The translations under genes were made by a program, and so were the position numbers. Source: Bacteroidales bacterium UBA1756 (lineage in GTDB: Bacteria > Bacteroidota > Bacteroidia > Bacteroidales > WCHB1-69). Taken from it: a DNA stretch of 64,000 bases. The first letter of the stretch is position 1. Each line of letters starts with the position of its first letter. The stretch is taken from the NCBI GenBank assembly GCA_002314795.1, contig DCHI01000045.1:3795-67794 (forward strand), written 5' to 3'. The notes below the pieces were generated by a model. It saw only the letters and a list, made by a program, of their open reading frames with translations. It searched no databases and was not told where the DNA came from. Shown here piece after piece: positions 1 through 9,165 of this stretch.

Positions 1-15
1 TTTTGCACGTTTTTT

Positions 16-459
16 ATGGGAAGAATAGTAGCCATTGATTACGGACAAAAGCGTGTGGGATTCGCTGCGACAGACGAGCTCCGCATCTGTGCCAATGCAT
101 TGGAAACCGTGCACGTGACGCAGGCATTTGATTTTTTAAAGAATTACATCGAAAAGGAAAACGTGGATACCATCGTCGTGGGAGAGCCCAAAAAATTGGA
201 CAACACCCCGTCCGACTCGACGCGTTTCATCGAACCGTTCGTCAATCGCGTGAAGAAAGCGTTTCCCGACATTCCGCTCGTCCGCGTGGATGAACGGTTC
301 ACTTCACGTATGGCCTTTCAAACGATGATTGACGCCGGACTCAAAAAGAAAGACCGTCAGAACAAGGCCTTGGTTGACAAAATCAGCGCCGTCATCATTC
401 TGCAAACCTATTTGCAACAACTTGATATTGAAAACGATAGAAATAACATAGAATTATGA
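16..459 (+). CDS. ruvX: Holliday junction resolvase-like RNase H-fold protein RuvX/YqgF
   Basis: 147-aa ORF. N-terminal IVAIDYGQKRVG motif is typical of YqgF/RuvX. 4-nt ATGA overlap with the downstream def gene. Confidence 0.85.
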   Translation: MGRIVAIDYGQKRVGFAATDELRICANALETVHVTQAFDFLKNYIEKENVDTIVVGEPKKLDNTPSDSTRFIEPFVNRVKKAFPDIPLVRVDERFTSRMAFQTMIDAGLKKKDRQNKALVDKISAVIILQTYLQQLDIENDRNNIEL

Positions 460-1007
460 TTTTACCCATTTGCATTTACGGAAATCCCGTTCTGAGAAGA
501 AAGTCCGCCGACGTGGCGATGGAACCGGGCGAATTGAAACAGCTCGTCAGTGATATGTTTGAAACGATGTACAATGCCAACGGGGTCGGGCTCGCCGCTC
601 CGCAAATCGGCAAATCGCTCCGCCTGTTCGTCATTGACTCCGGGCCGTTCAAGGAACTCTATCCCGACGAGGAAGTCCGCAAACTGGCTTTCATCAATCC
701 GCAAATCACCAAACGTTACGGAGAAGAGTTCGCCTTCAACGAAGGTTGCCTCAGCTTGCCCGACATCCACGAAGACGTCATCCGGCCTGCCACCATCGAC
801 ATCACTTATTATGACGAGGATATGAACAAGCACGAAGAGACCATCACCGGCGGCGTGGCCCGCATCATCCAACACGAATACGACCACATCGAAGGGATGG
901 TTTTCACCGATCATCTTACTTCTTTGAAAAAGATGATTCTCAAACGCAAACTTACCGACATCGCTTCCGGCAAACTTCGCATCGCCTATAAAACGAAATT
1001 GAAATAA
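456..1007 (+). CDS. def: peptide deformylase
   Basis: 183 aa. Carries the three deformylase metal-site motifs: GVGLAAPQ, EGCLSLP and HEYDHIEG. Confidence 0.93.
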   Translation: MILPICIYGNPVLRRKSADVAMEPGELKQLVSDMFETMYNANGVGLAAPQIGKSLRLFVIDSGPFKELYPDEEVRKLAFINPQITKRYGEEFAFNEGCLSLPDIHEDVIRPATIDITYYDEDMNKHEETITGGVARIIQHEYDHIEGMVFTDHLTSLKKMILKRKLTDIASGKLRIAYKTKLK

Positions 1008-1036
1008 TCGTTTTAACGTCGTAAGTAATTAAGAAT

Positions 1037-1621
1037 ATGACACATAGAATTCTATTTCTTCCCTTATTGCTTTGCTTGGCGGCTTGTTCTCCGAAGAATG
1101 TTCCTGAAACCGACCAACCGGCACAAGACAGCGTCGTCGTCAACTACCAGAATCCGAAGGCACTCATCGCCCTGTATCACGAAGCGGACTCGCTCGTCCA
1201 GATCGGGCAGATTGACACCAAAAAAATGCAGACTTTTGTCGATAACGCCACCCAATATGCGGAGGCGTTTCCGAACGACACCCTCAGTCCGCATTTTATG
1301 ATGTACGCCGGCATTTTCCAAATGGACATCGCCCTTTCCACCAAAGCAAAAAGCAAACGAGACAAACGCTTTTTCCGTTCCATCGAGATTTTCAATCAAC
1401 TGACGGAGAAATATCCCGACTACAAAAACATTCCTTACTGCTATTATTATAAGGGGCAGATTTATGAAAATATGCAACGGAACAGCGATGCGGAGAACGA
1501 ATATCGGGAATTAGTTCACCGCTTTCCCAATACGGAATTAGGCAAAAACATCGCCGATTATTTGAAAGTTCGAGGATTTGAAAAATCTCCCGAAGAGATT
1601 ATGATGGAGATTGAAAAATAA
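1037..1621 (+). CDS. lipoprotein with TPR-like helical repeats
   Basis: Signal peptide with lipobox (LLCLAAC). C-terminal half resembles TPR/YbgF-like repeats (YYYKGQIYENM..AENEYRELV). Confidence 0.6.
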   Translation: MTHRILFLPLLLCLAACSPKNVPETDQPAQDSVVVNYQNPKALIALYHEADSLVQIGQIDTKKMQTFVDNATQYAEAFPNDTLSPHFMMYAGIFQMDIALSTKAKSKRDKRFFRSIEIFNQLTEKYPDYKNIPYCYYYKGQIYENMQRNSDAENEYRELVHRFPNTELGKNIADYLKVRGFEKSPEEIMMEIEK

Positions 1622-1626
1622 CGGCT

Positions 1627-2382
1627 ATGAAACTCAGTGCGGTCATCATTACTTGCAACGAAGAAAAGAACATCGGACGGTGTCTGAAATCGCTACACGG
1701 TTTAGTGGACGAGATTGTCGTGGTGGATTCGGGTTCGCAGGACCGGACGGAGACGATTTGCAACGCATACGGTGTCCGTTTCATTTTCCATCCTTGGGCC
1801 GGTTTTTCCGAGCAGAAAAATTTCGCCAACGAGCAGGCCGTCAACGACTGGATTTTCTCCATTGACGCGGACGAAGCCGTGGATGAAACGTTGCAGCAAT
1901 CGATTTTGCAACTAAAAGAGACGGGCTTTTCAGGTGCCTACTCGGTTGATCGGCTCACCAACTACTGTGGCCGTTTTCTTTATCACTGCTGGCGTCCTGA
2001 CAACAAAATCAGAATCTGGAACCGGAACGAGGGACGTTGGACGGGGAACATCCACGAAACCATTGATTTTGGGAACCGGACACCCGTTGTTACGCGGCTG
2101 AACGGCGACCTCGCTCACTACACCTATTATACTATCAGTGAGCATCTTGCACGCATTGACAAATATTCGGACCTGACAGCTTCGGACGCTTTTCGCGCTG
2201 GTAAAAAAGCACCTTCTACGTGCGGCACGCGATTCAGAACCGGCTGGCGCTTTCTGCGAGACTACATTTTCAAAGGAGGATTTCGAGACGGGTACGAAGG
2301 GTATATGGCCTGCAAGATTTCTGCTTTAGGAACTTTCCTGAAATACACGAAGTTACGATTTCTGTACCAAACGGAGCAGTAA
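1627..2382 (+). CDS. family 2 glycosyltransferase (LPS-core type)
   Basis: N-terminal LSAVIITCNEEKNI, VVVDSGSQD and DADE motifs of a GT-A/GT2 fold. Confidence 0.8.
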   Translation: MKLSAVIITCNEEKNIGRCLKSLHGLVDEIVVVDSGSQDRTETICNAYGVRFIFHPWAGFSEQKNFANEQAVNDWIFSIDADEAVDETLQQSILQLKETGFSGAYSVDRLTNYCGRFLYHCWRPDNKIRIWNRNEGRWTGNIHETIDFGNRTPVVTRLNGDLAHYTYYTISEHLARIDKYSDLTASDAFRAGKKAPSTCGTRFRTGWRFLRDYIFKGGFRDGYEGYMACKISALGTFLKYTKLRFLYQTEQ

Positions 2383-2386
2383 GATT

Positions 2387-3505
2387 CTATAAGACTTCCC
2401 GATATATTTTCATTAACTTTTGTGCAATCACCTCATCCGAAAACTGGAGAATGTGTTCGGCACTTTTAGCAACCATTTCTTTTCTAAGTTCTTCATTTGA
2501 AAGAAGTTCTTTCATAGTGGATGCCGTTTCCTCAACATTGTCGGGAGCAACATAGCGACTGAACGGGCCGCCACTTTCCTCCAGACAGCTACCTGTTGCC
2601 GCAATGACGGGAACGCCGCTTTGCAACGCCTCCACGATCGGAATGCCGAAGCCTTCAAAAAAAGAGGGATAGAGGAACAACGTGGCTCCCTGATAGATAG
2701 CGGGGAAATCGGCAAAATCCTTTTTCGTAACAAAAACGACTTTGTTGTCTAAATGATGAGACGCGGCAAACGCTTTCAAAGAATCACCGCAGCCGTTGTC
2801 GGCGCCCACAATGACAAGTGGGAAGTCGATCTCTGCGGCGGCCATTGCTTTCAAGATAAGGATATGATTCTTGCGGGGTTCGAGGGCACCGACAGACAGC
2901 ATATACTCGGACGGAAGCCCGTATTTTTTTTGCACGGAGGCACGCTCGTCCGAAGAAGTTTTCCTCAAAAACATCGGGTGACAGCCCTGATAAACCACTA
3001 CGATTTTTTCTTCCGGAACGTGTGCCAACTCCACCAAATCACGGCGCGTCTGTTCACTCACCGCAATGATTTTGTCGGCGCGGGCACAGCTTCCCAAATA
3101 TTTTTTCTTATAGAAAAAGCGGTCAATAGCCGGATAGAGTTCGGGGAACTGGAGAAAAATCAGGTCGTGCATAGTCAGGACGGTTTTCACGCGCGTTCTT
3201 TCGATGCCGACGGGAAGTTCGTGCGACAAACCGTGAAAAATGTCCAGGTTCCTTTTCTGAGATTCGGCTGCAAGACGGAAGGTTCTCCACAACGATGAGA
3301 ATTTATTTTGAAAAAAACCGTCAGGAAGAACGGTTGAACAATGTTCTGGAACTTCGAAGCCGATGGAGGCGTTCACCTTGGGCGTGAACAAAAAATAGTC
3401 GTTTTCCGGATTTTGAGCTGCCAAAATGCGAAGGGTGTCACGGCTGTAGTTTCCCAAGCCGCGACTATTGTTGAAAGCCCGTTTTGCATCAAAACCAATT
3501 CTCAT
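2387..3505 (-). CDS. family 4 (GT-B) glycosyltransferase
   Basis: C-terminal FLYPSFFEGFGIPIVEAL motif of GT4/GT1 enzymes. Start moved to the MRIGFDAKRAF Met at 3505 because a minus-strand -7 box (3520..3527) lies inside the longer track ORF. Confidence 0.8.
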   Translation of the reverse strand: MRIGFDAKRAFNNSRGLGNYSRDTLRILAAQNPENDYFLFTPKVNASIGFEVPEHCSTVLPDGFFQNKFSSLWRTFRLAAESQKRNLDIFHGLSHELPVGIERTRVKTVLTMHDLIFLQFPELYPAIDRFFYKKKYLGSCARADKIIAVSEQTRRDLVELAHVPEEKIVVVYQGCHPMFLRKTSSDERASVQKKYGLPSEYMLSVGALEPRKNHILILKAMAAAEIDFPLVIVGADNGCGDSLKAFAASHHLDNKVVFVTKKDFADFPAIYQGATLFLYPSFFEGFGIPIVEALQSGVPVIAATGSCLEESGGPFSRYVAPDNVEETASTMKELLSNEELRKEMVAKSAEHILQFSDEVIAQKLMKIYREVL

Positions 3506-3519
3506 ATCAAAAACGGTGG

Positions 3520-3527
3520 CAAAAGTA
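3520..3527 (-). promoter_or_regulatory. Bacteroidota -7 promoter box (TACTTTTG) for the GT4 gene
   Basis: CAAAAGTA on the plus strand, 15 nt upstream of the 3505 start. Confidence 0.5.
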
Positions 3528-3550
3528 CGCAAATTTTCATAGAACTTTGC

Positions 3551-3558
3551 TACCTTTG
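3551..3558 (+). promoter_or_regulatory. -7 promoter box (TACCTTTG) for the MFS transporter gene
   Basis: Matches TAnnTTTG. Lies 80 nt upstream of the 3638 ATG and divergent from the GT4 promoter. Confidence 0.5.
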
Positions 3559-3637
3559 CCGCGGTAAAACAAGGAGCAAATCCGTGCCACAAACAACTGA
3601 AAAAGAGACGATTGAGCCATTATGGAACTCCAACTAT

Positions 3638-4783
3638 ATGAAAGTTTGGATGGCCAATTTTATGATTTTTTTCTCTTTTATGCTCCTCACGCCGCTTCTA
3701 CCGCTTTACCTGAAAGAGACTTTCGGAGCCAGCAAAGACACCATCGGGCTCGTACTGAGCGGGTACGCACTGACGGCACTCATCATCCGTCCCTTCAGCG
3801 GTTTTTTTGTAGATAGCTTCCCCCGAAAAAGAGTTCTGTTAATCTGTTACTTTCTGTTTTTCAGTTTTTTCGCCGGTTACATCGTATCGGGAAGTCTGCT
3901 GCTATTTGCCATCGTTCGGACGCTGCACGGCGCGCCGATGGGTGCCACTACCGTATCGAACAGCACGGTTGCCATTGACGTGTTGCATCCGTCACGAAGG
4001 GCGGAAGGAATTGGTTACTACGGACTTAGCAACAACATTGCTTCAGCGATTGCGCCAGCTTTTGCCATTTATCTGTTACAAAGGACGGGCAGTTACACCC
4101 TGCTTTTTTGGATTGCGCTGTTGGCAGCCGGCGGCGGTTTCGCCATCAATAGCACACTGCACTTGGCGCCGAGGGAACTGACCAAAGACAAACCGAAGCT
4201 GTCACTTGACCGGTTCTTTTTACTAAAAGGTTGGAGCGAATGTTTAGTGATGATTTGCCATTCGTTTGCGTACGGAGTGGTTTCCACCTACGTAGCCATT
4301 TACGGAAAAGAGGAGTTGGGAGTTTCAAGCGGCACGGGCGTGTTTTTCGCACTTTTATCCCTTGGGCTCATCCTTTCGCGTCTCATCGGAGGACCATCGT
4401 TAAGCAAAGGGCGGGTGGCGCAAAACGCGGCGGTCGGATTAGGAGTCACATTGGGCGGGTATCTGCTTTTTTCGGCGGTTCATCAGCTGTGGGCGTATTA
4501 CGTCGCCGCCTTCATCATCGGCTTGGGAAGCGGGCATATGTATCCGGCCTTCCAGATGATGTTCATCAACTTGGCGCCACACACGCAGCGGGGAACTGCC
4601 AATTCCACGTTGTTTATTTCGTGGGATACGGGCTTGGGACTCGGCGTACTCGCGGGCGGAATTCTTTCGGAAACCCTTGGCTACCACGCGGCTTTCTGGG
4701 CGGCGACGGCGGCATACCTTGCGGGGACGGTCGGATTTTTCGGGTACGTATTTCGCCATTTTCAGCAAAATAAATTGAGATAA
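3638..4783 (+). CDS. MFS transporter
   Basis: About 12 hydrophobic segments. Has an MFS loop 2-3 type motif (FVDSFPRKRVLL). Start set at MKVWMANF because the upstream part of the track ORF overlaps the divergent promoter region and the GT4 gene. Confidence 0.8.
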   Translation: MKVWMANFMIFFSFMLLTPLLPLYLKETFGASKDTIGLVLSGYALTALIIRPFSGFFVDSFPRKRVLLICYFLFFSFFAGYIVSGSLLLFAIVRTLHGAPMGATTVSNSTVAIDVLHPSRRAEGIGYYGLSNNIASAIAPAFAIYLLQRTGSYTLLFWIALLAAGGGFAINSTLHLAPRELTKDKPKLSLDRFFLLKGWSECLVMICHSFAYGVVSTYVAIYGKEELGVSSGTGVFFALLSLGLILSRLIGGPSLSKGRVAQNAAVGLGVTLGGYLLFSAVHQLWAYYVAAFIIGLGSGHMYPAFQMMFINLAPHTQRGTANSTLFISWDTGLGLGVLAGGILSETLGYHAAFWAATAAYLAGTVGFFGYVFRHFQQNKLR

Positions 4784-4945
4784 GTTGTGCATTTTTTGAC
4801 AATAAATTCCGAATTTCATCCAAATCAATCAGAAAAAAACACCTGACAAGCGCACAATAATGCGAAAAATTTAGTTATAATTTATTATAAAACAATGAAT
4901 TATAAAAAATAATAATATATTCTGCAAAACTATTGATTATTTTTC

Positions 4946-4953
4946 TATTTTTG
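4946..4953 (+). promoter_or_regulatory. -7 promoter box (TATTTTTG) for tRNA-Glu
   Basis: Matches TAnnTTTG, 22 nt upstream of the tRNA 5' end. Confidence 0.5.
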
Positions 4954-4974
4954 CACACTCGTTTCAAGCGACTT

Positions 4975-5048
4975 GCTGGATTCGTCTAGTGGCCCAGGAC
5001 GTCAGGTTTTCATCCTGAAGATCGGGGGTTCGACTCCCCCATCCAGTA
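4975..5048 (+). tRNA. tRNA-Glu (anticodon UUC)
   Basis: 74-nt cloverleaf folded by hand. Acceptor GCTGGAT/ATCCAGT (G-U at 1:72), D stem GTCT/GGAC, anticodon stem TCAGG/CCTGA with loop TTTTCAT (anticodon TTC), T arm GGGGG-TTCGACT-CCCCC. CCA is not encoded. Confidence 0.9.
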
Positions 5049-5049
5049 C

Positions 5050-5081
5050 AAAAAAAGCTTCCCGAATGGAAGCTTTTTTTG
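5050..5081 (+). terminator. rho-independent terminator after tRNA-Glu
   Basis: Stem AGCTTCC/GGAAGCT with a 5-nt loop, followed by a T7 run. Confidence 0.8.
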
Positions 5082-5137
5082 TTTTATCCCGTTTAAGTTT
5101 TTTTACCAAAATCTCTTTGATTTACAATAAAAAAGAG

Positions 5138-5145
5138 TACTTTTG
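5138..5145 (+). promoter_or_regulatory. -7 promoter box (TACTTTTG) for the pyrophosphatase gene
   Basis: Matches TAnnTTTG. A TTTG sits 18 nt upstream (5116..5119), as expected for a -33 element. Confidence 0.55.
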
Positions 5146-5205
5146 CAGCCCGTTTCTAACGGGGTGTGGAAATTTGTAAATTATTAAAATACAATATATT
5201 ACATT

Positions 5206-7608
5206 ATGAAGAAAAGATTGTTTATGGCGGCAATGCTGCTCTGTCCTTTGCTTTTGAGTGCCAGTGAGGCCGATTTGACCTTGCCGGACTTCACCCAAGT
5301 CAGCTTTTTTAATGGAGCACTCACCGGAAAATCTCTCCTCCTCTGGGGTGCCATCATCGTGATCATCGGACTGCTGTTCGGACTTTTACAAGCCCTTCGA
5401 ATCCGCAGAAAACCCGTCCACAATTCTATGAAAAAAGTGGCGGAAACCATTTATGAAACTTGCAAAACCTATCTGCTTCAGCAGGGAAAATTCCTGCTTA
5501 TTCTGTTCGCCATCATCGGTGCCATCATCTGTTTCTACTTCGGTTTTCTGAACGGCAAGTCATTTCCGCAGGTGCTCACCATTTTGTTATGGACCATCTT
5601 GGGAATCAGCGGCTCGTACGTGGTTGCCTGGTTCGGTATCCGCATCAACACCTTTGCCAATAGCCGCACCTCCTTCGCCTCTTTGCAAGGCAAGCCGTGG
5701 CCCGTTGTCTCCCTTCCGTTGCAATCCGGAATGAGCGTCGGTTTGTTGCTGATTACCATTGAGTTATTATTGATGTTGGTGATTCTGCTTTTCATTCCCG
5801 CCGAAAGTGCCGGCGCGTGCCTCATCGGATTCGCTATCGGTGAATCCTTGGGTGCCAGCGCCTTGCGTATTGCAGGTGGTATTTTCACCAAGATTGCCGA
5901 CATCGGTTCCGACTTGATGAAGGTTATTTTCAAGATTGGGGAAGATGACCCGAGAAACCCGGGCGTTATCGCCGATTGTACCGGTGACAACGCAGGCGAC
6001 AGCGTCGGTCCTACCGCCGATGGTTTTGAAACGTATGGTGTTACCGGCGTCGCACTCATATCATTTATCATTCTCGCCGTTCCTTCCGTCGAATTGCAAG
6101 CCCTCCTCATCGTCTGGATTTTCGCTATGCGCATCTTGATGGTTTTCACCTCTTTGGTTTCCTACGGCATCAATGATGTCATTTCCAAAATCAAATACAA
6201 AGAATCCAACAATTTCAACTTCGAAAGTCCGCTCACCTCTTTGGTGTGGATTACCTCCATCGTTTCCATTCTGGTGACTTTCGCAATCAGTTATCTTTTA
6301 ATGAACAACTACGGTTTTGCTGCGGAGGGTTCCGTCTCAGCAAGCATTTCCGGTGATATGTGGTGGCGTCTTGCTTCCATCATCAGTTTGGGAACATTGG
6401 CCGCCGCCGTTATTCCCGAATTGACGAAAGCGTTCACCAGTTCCAACTCCCGCCACGTTCAAGAAGTGGTGACGGCTTCTCGCGAAGGCGGCGCCTCGCT
6501 GACCATTTTGTCAGGTATGGTCGCCGGCAACTTCAGCGCATTCTGGAAAGGTATCGTGATGGTTGGATTGATGTTCGCCGCATTCTTCTTCTCTGCCTCC
6601 GGTCTTGAAATCTTCGGCACGTATTATGCTATTTTCGCTTTCGGTTTGGTTGCTTTCGGTTTCCTCGGTATGGGTCCTGTTACCATCGCTGTTGACAGTT
6701 ACGGACCGGTTACCGACAATGCCCAATCCGTTTTTGAACTTTCACAGATTGAACGTATTCCCGCCATCAAGTCCGAAATTGAAAAAGACTATGGTTTTGT
6801 TCCGGATTTTGAAAAAGGTAAATATTTCTTGGAAGCCAACGATGGTGCTGGCAATACTTTCAAAGCAACGGCCAAGCCCGTTTTGATTGGTACGGCTGTC
6901 GTAGGTGCTACCACGATGATTTTCGCCATCATCTTGTTGCTCAACAGTCTGGGACTTTTGAATCTCAGTTTGACGGATGCGCCTGTCATCCTCGGATTGA
7001 TTACCGGTGGCGCGGTTATCTTCTGGTTTAGCGGCGCTTCTATGCAAGCCGTCACGACGGGTGCTTATCGTGCCGTGGAATTCATCAAGAAGAATCTCAA
7101 CCTCAACAAGACCGAGGCCGACATCGAAGACTCGAAAACGGTGGTCAAAATCTGTACGCGCTATGCCCAACAGGGAATGTGGAACATTTTTGCCGTCATT
7201 TTCTGTCTGACCTTGGCCTTCGCCTTTTTCGATCCGAACTTCTTCGTCGCCTACTTGATTTCCATCGCCATTTTCGGACTTTTCCAAGCCATTTATATGG
7301 CCAATGCCGGTGGCGCGTGGGATAACGCCAAAAAGGTTGTAGAAGTTGACTTGAAAGAGAAAAATACTGATTTACACGCTGCTACTGTTATTGGAGATAC
7401 CGTCGGCGACCCGTACAAAGACACCTCCTCCGTGGCAATGAATCCCATCATCAAATTCTCCACGCTGTTTGGAATGTTGGCGGTTGAAATCGCCGTGGTG
7501 ATGAAAATGGCTGAAACCGACTACACTCCGTACATCGGTGCCTTCTTCCTCATCGTTGGCCTCTTCTTCGTTTACAGATCCTTCTACGGAATGAGAATTA
7601 AAAATTAA
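5206..7608 (+). CDS. hppA: membrane-integral (V-type) ion-translocating pyrophosphatase
   Basis: 800 aa and polytopic. Has M-PPase signature motifs DCTGDNAGDSVGPTADGFE and IGDTVGDPYKDTSSVAMN. Confidence 0.92.
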   Translation: MKKRLFMAAMLLCPLLLSASEADLTLPDFTQVSFFNGALTGKSLLLWGAIIVIIGLLFGLLQALRIRRKPVHNSMKKVAETIYETCKTYLLQQGKFLLILFAIIGAIICFYFGFLNGKSFPQVLTILLWTILGISGSYVVAWFGIRINTFANSRTSFASLQGKPWPVVSLPLQSGMSVGLLLITIELLLMLVILLFIPAESAGACLIGFAIGESLGASALRIAGGIFTKIADIGSDLMKVIFKIGEDDPRNPGVIADCTGDNAGDSVGPTADGFETYGVTGVALISFIILAVPSVELQALLIVWIFAMRILMVFTSLVSYGINDVISKIKYKESNNFNFESPLTSLVWITSIVSILVTFAISYLLMNNYGFAAEGSVSASISGDMWWRLASIISLGTLAAAVIPELTKAFTSSNSRHVQEVVTASREGGASLTILSGMVAGNFSAFWKGIVMVGLMFAAFFFSASGLEIFGTYYAIFAFGLVAFGFLGMGPVTIAVDSYGPVTDNAQSVFELSQIERIPAIKSEIEKDYGFVPDFEKGKYFLEANDGAGNTFKATAKPVLIGTAVVGATTMIFAIILLLNSLGLLNLSLTDAPVILGLITGGAVIFWFSGASMQAVTTGAYRAVEFIKKNLNLNKTEADIEDSKTVVKICTRYAQQGMWNIFAVIFCLTLAFAFFDPNFFVAYLISIAIFGLFQAIYMANAGGAWDNAKKVVEVDLKEKNTDLHAATVIGDTVGDPYKDTSSVAMNPIIKFSTLFGMLAVEIAVVMKMAETDYTPYIGAFFLIVGLFFVYRSFYGMRIKN

Positions 7609-7628
7609 TTTACTGATAATCAAGAATT

Positions 7629-7799
7629 ATGGATAATAACATTAAAGTTAAAATCGACGAGGTTCTTCAGGAGATTTCACAAATCAATGACCTCAACCAA
7701 AAAGTGGATATTCTCACCTATATGCAGCAGCAATCGGGATTTATGCTCTGGCAATTGGAAGAAGATCTTCACGTGGACCAGAATATGAAAAACATATAG
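7629..7799 (+). CDS. small hypothetical protein (56 aa), below the ORF-track cutoff
   Basis: ATG 21 nt after the hppA stop. Translation by hand: MDNNIKVKIDEVLQEISQINDLNQKVDILTYMQQQSGFMLWQLEEDLHVDQNMKNI. Followed by an imperfect hairpin plus T-run near 7824..7856. No homology evidence. Confidence 0.3.
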   Translation: MDNNIKVKIDEVLQEISQINDLNQKVDILTYMQQQSGFMLWQLEEDLHVDQNMKNI

Positions 7800-7866
7800 T
7801 TTCAGTTTTTAGACACAAACAACAAGGGCTCCATATTTCTGTGGGGCCTTTTTTTGTGTTACGTTC

Positions 7867-7888
7867 TTAAAGTTTGTAAAGTGGTGGG
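7867..7888. repeat. minimal copy (2 units) of the 9-bp TAAAGTTYR array family, ending GTAAAGTGGTG
   Basis: TTAAAGTTTGTAAAGTGGTGGG. It has the same GTAAAGTGGTG end as the array at 45598..45679. Lies between convergent genes. Confidence 0.6.
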
Positions 7889-7917
7889 CTTTTGAGACCG
7901 AGACTTAGAAAATCAAT

Positions 7918-8376
7918 CTAATTTTCTAAATAGACCGTGATTTCGTACGGAGCATCTACGTCGGTGAAATACTCGTTAACATATTCGGATTCACGAATAT
8001 AGTCCTTCAGTTCGTTTTTGGTGAAACGATAGGAATTAAGGCCGATTCCTTTGTGACTGGATAACTCTTTCATATCCAAGTCAATGTTTCTGTTTTTTTG
8101 AGAAAAATCGGGGGTGAGATAGACGAACCCCTTCGCCTTGAATTTGAGGGAGATGGTAGGGTCGGAGCAGGTAGCTTTCGTTCTTCCTTCTGGAAGATTG
8201 ATGCACTCAACGGAATAGTCCAATACCACCTCATACTCTCGGGAAAAAGTGAGAACACACCAAATGAGCGCACTGATTCCTAAGCAGATAAAAAAAGTCA
8301 AGGAGGGCAACTGAACGCGCTGCCCTACCTTGTTTGCAATACCATTGTTATTTTTTGTTGGCTTCATTCTCGTCAA
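7918..8376 (-). CDS. hypothetical membrane-anchored protein (YbbR-like position in the nusB-yajC cluster)
   Basis: 152 aa with one N-terminal TM segment. Overlaps the yajC 3' end. Function not recognised from sequence. Confidence 0.6.
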   Translation of the reverse strand: MTRMKPTKNNNGIANKVGQRVQLPSLTFFICLGISALIWCVLTFSREYEVVLDYSVECINLPEGRTKATCSDPTISLKFKAKGFVYLTPDFSQKNRNIDLDMKELSSHKGIGLNSYRFTKNELKDYIRESEYVNEYFTDVDAPYEITVYLEN

Positions 8377-8674
8377 TGGCTATAGCTGCCTTTTCAACTT
8401 TGAGTTTGACGCCGTCTTCTACTTCGATAATGAAAGTAGTGTCTTGGACATCACTGATTTTTCCGTGAATACCACCGATGGTTACTACGTGGTCGCCACG
8501 TTTGAGGGCCTCGCGAGCTTCCTGGACTTTTTTCTGTTTCTTCTGTTGCGGACGAATCATAAAGAGCCAGAAGATGAGGATGATGGCTACGAAGAAAATA
8601 AGCATTTGCCAGCTACCGCCGCCCGAAGCTTGTCCTTCAGCGGGCTGAGCCATTAATAAAAAAAGATTGTTCAT
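8348..8674 (-). CDS. yajC: preprotein translocase subunit YajC
   Basis: 108 aa. A single TM segment is followed by RPQQKKQKK..GDHVVTIGGIHGKI, typical of YajC. Confidence 0.88.
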   Translation of the reverse strand: MNNLFLLMAQPAEGQASGGGSWQMLIFFVAIILIFWLFMIRPQQKKQKKVQEAREALKRGDHVVTIGGIHGKISDVQDTTFIIEVEDGVKLKVEKAAIAIDENEANKK

Positions 8675-8705
8675 TCTAAAAAATATTTAAGGTGAATAAA
8701 TGTGA

Positions 8706-9152
8706 TTACGGGATTTGTACGTCCGCACTGATTTTCAAGAGGGTGCGGGTAGGATAGGTGTTGGCCGCAATTGTTACCACATTGGTGGTAGGACCTTTCT
8801 TGGTTTTGGAATCGAAAGTGACTTTGATTTCAGACGTTTCCCCGGGCTTGATGGGCGCTTTCGGTGGCGTAGATGTGGTGCAACCGCAGGAGGCGTGTGC
8901 CGAGCTGATGATGAGGTCGGACTTGCCGGTGTTGGTGAACACGAACACGTGGCTCAGGCGTTCCCCTTGCATTACTTTGCCAAAATCATATTCGGTCTCC
9001 TTGAATTCAATCTTGGGACCGTTTTCGTCTTTCACAACAACCTCGCCGCCTTCAGCAGTGGCGGGATTGTGAACGACCGGCTCTTTGGAACCGCAATTGG
9101 CAAACAGGGTAAGAAAAAGTGCAAAGACAATAAGCTTGTATAAAGATTTCAT
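8706..9152 (-). CDS. DUF1573 domain-containing lipoprotein
   Basis: Signal peptide/lipobox (LFANCGS). Characteristic DUF1573 motifs F.FTNTG and SCGCT. Confidence 0.8.
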   Translation of the reverse strand: MKSLYKLIVFALFLTLFANCGSKEPVVHNPATAEGGEVVVKDENGPKIEFKETEYDFGKVMQGERLSHVFVFTNTGKSDLIISSAHASCGCTTSTPPKAPIKPGETSEIKVTFDSKTKKGPTTNVVTIAANTYPTRTLLKISADVQIP

Positions 9153-9165
9153 TTCGTATTGAACT

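Noticed and set aside
3341-3637. N-terminal extensions of track ORFs: MFS 3341, GT4 3592, nusB 10143, metallophosphoesterase 31358, comM 31995, S1/P1 33493, APH 39273, DUF2807 46758, lysS 50715, ATPase 53547, coaE 54066, GNAT-like 62712
   Set aside because: The extensions overlap neighbouring genes or contain the gene's own TAnnTTTG box. The family-typical N-terminus or signal peptide begins at the internal Met.
4784-5205. tRNA-Glu as an integration hotspot (looked for an integrase, direct repeats of the tRNA 3' end, or a mobile element)
   Set aside because: The tRNA is flanked by its own promoter and terminator, and then by hppA. There is no integrase and no duplicated tRNA 3' segment in the window.
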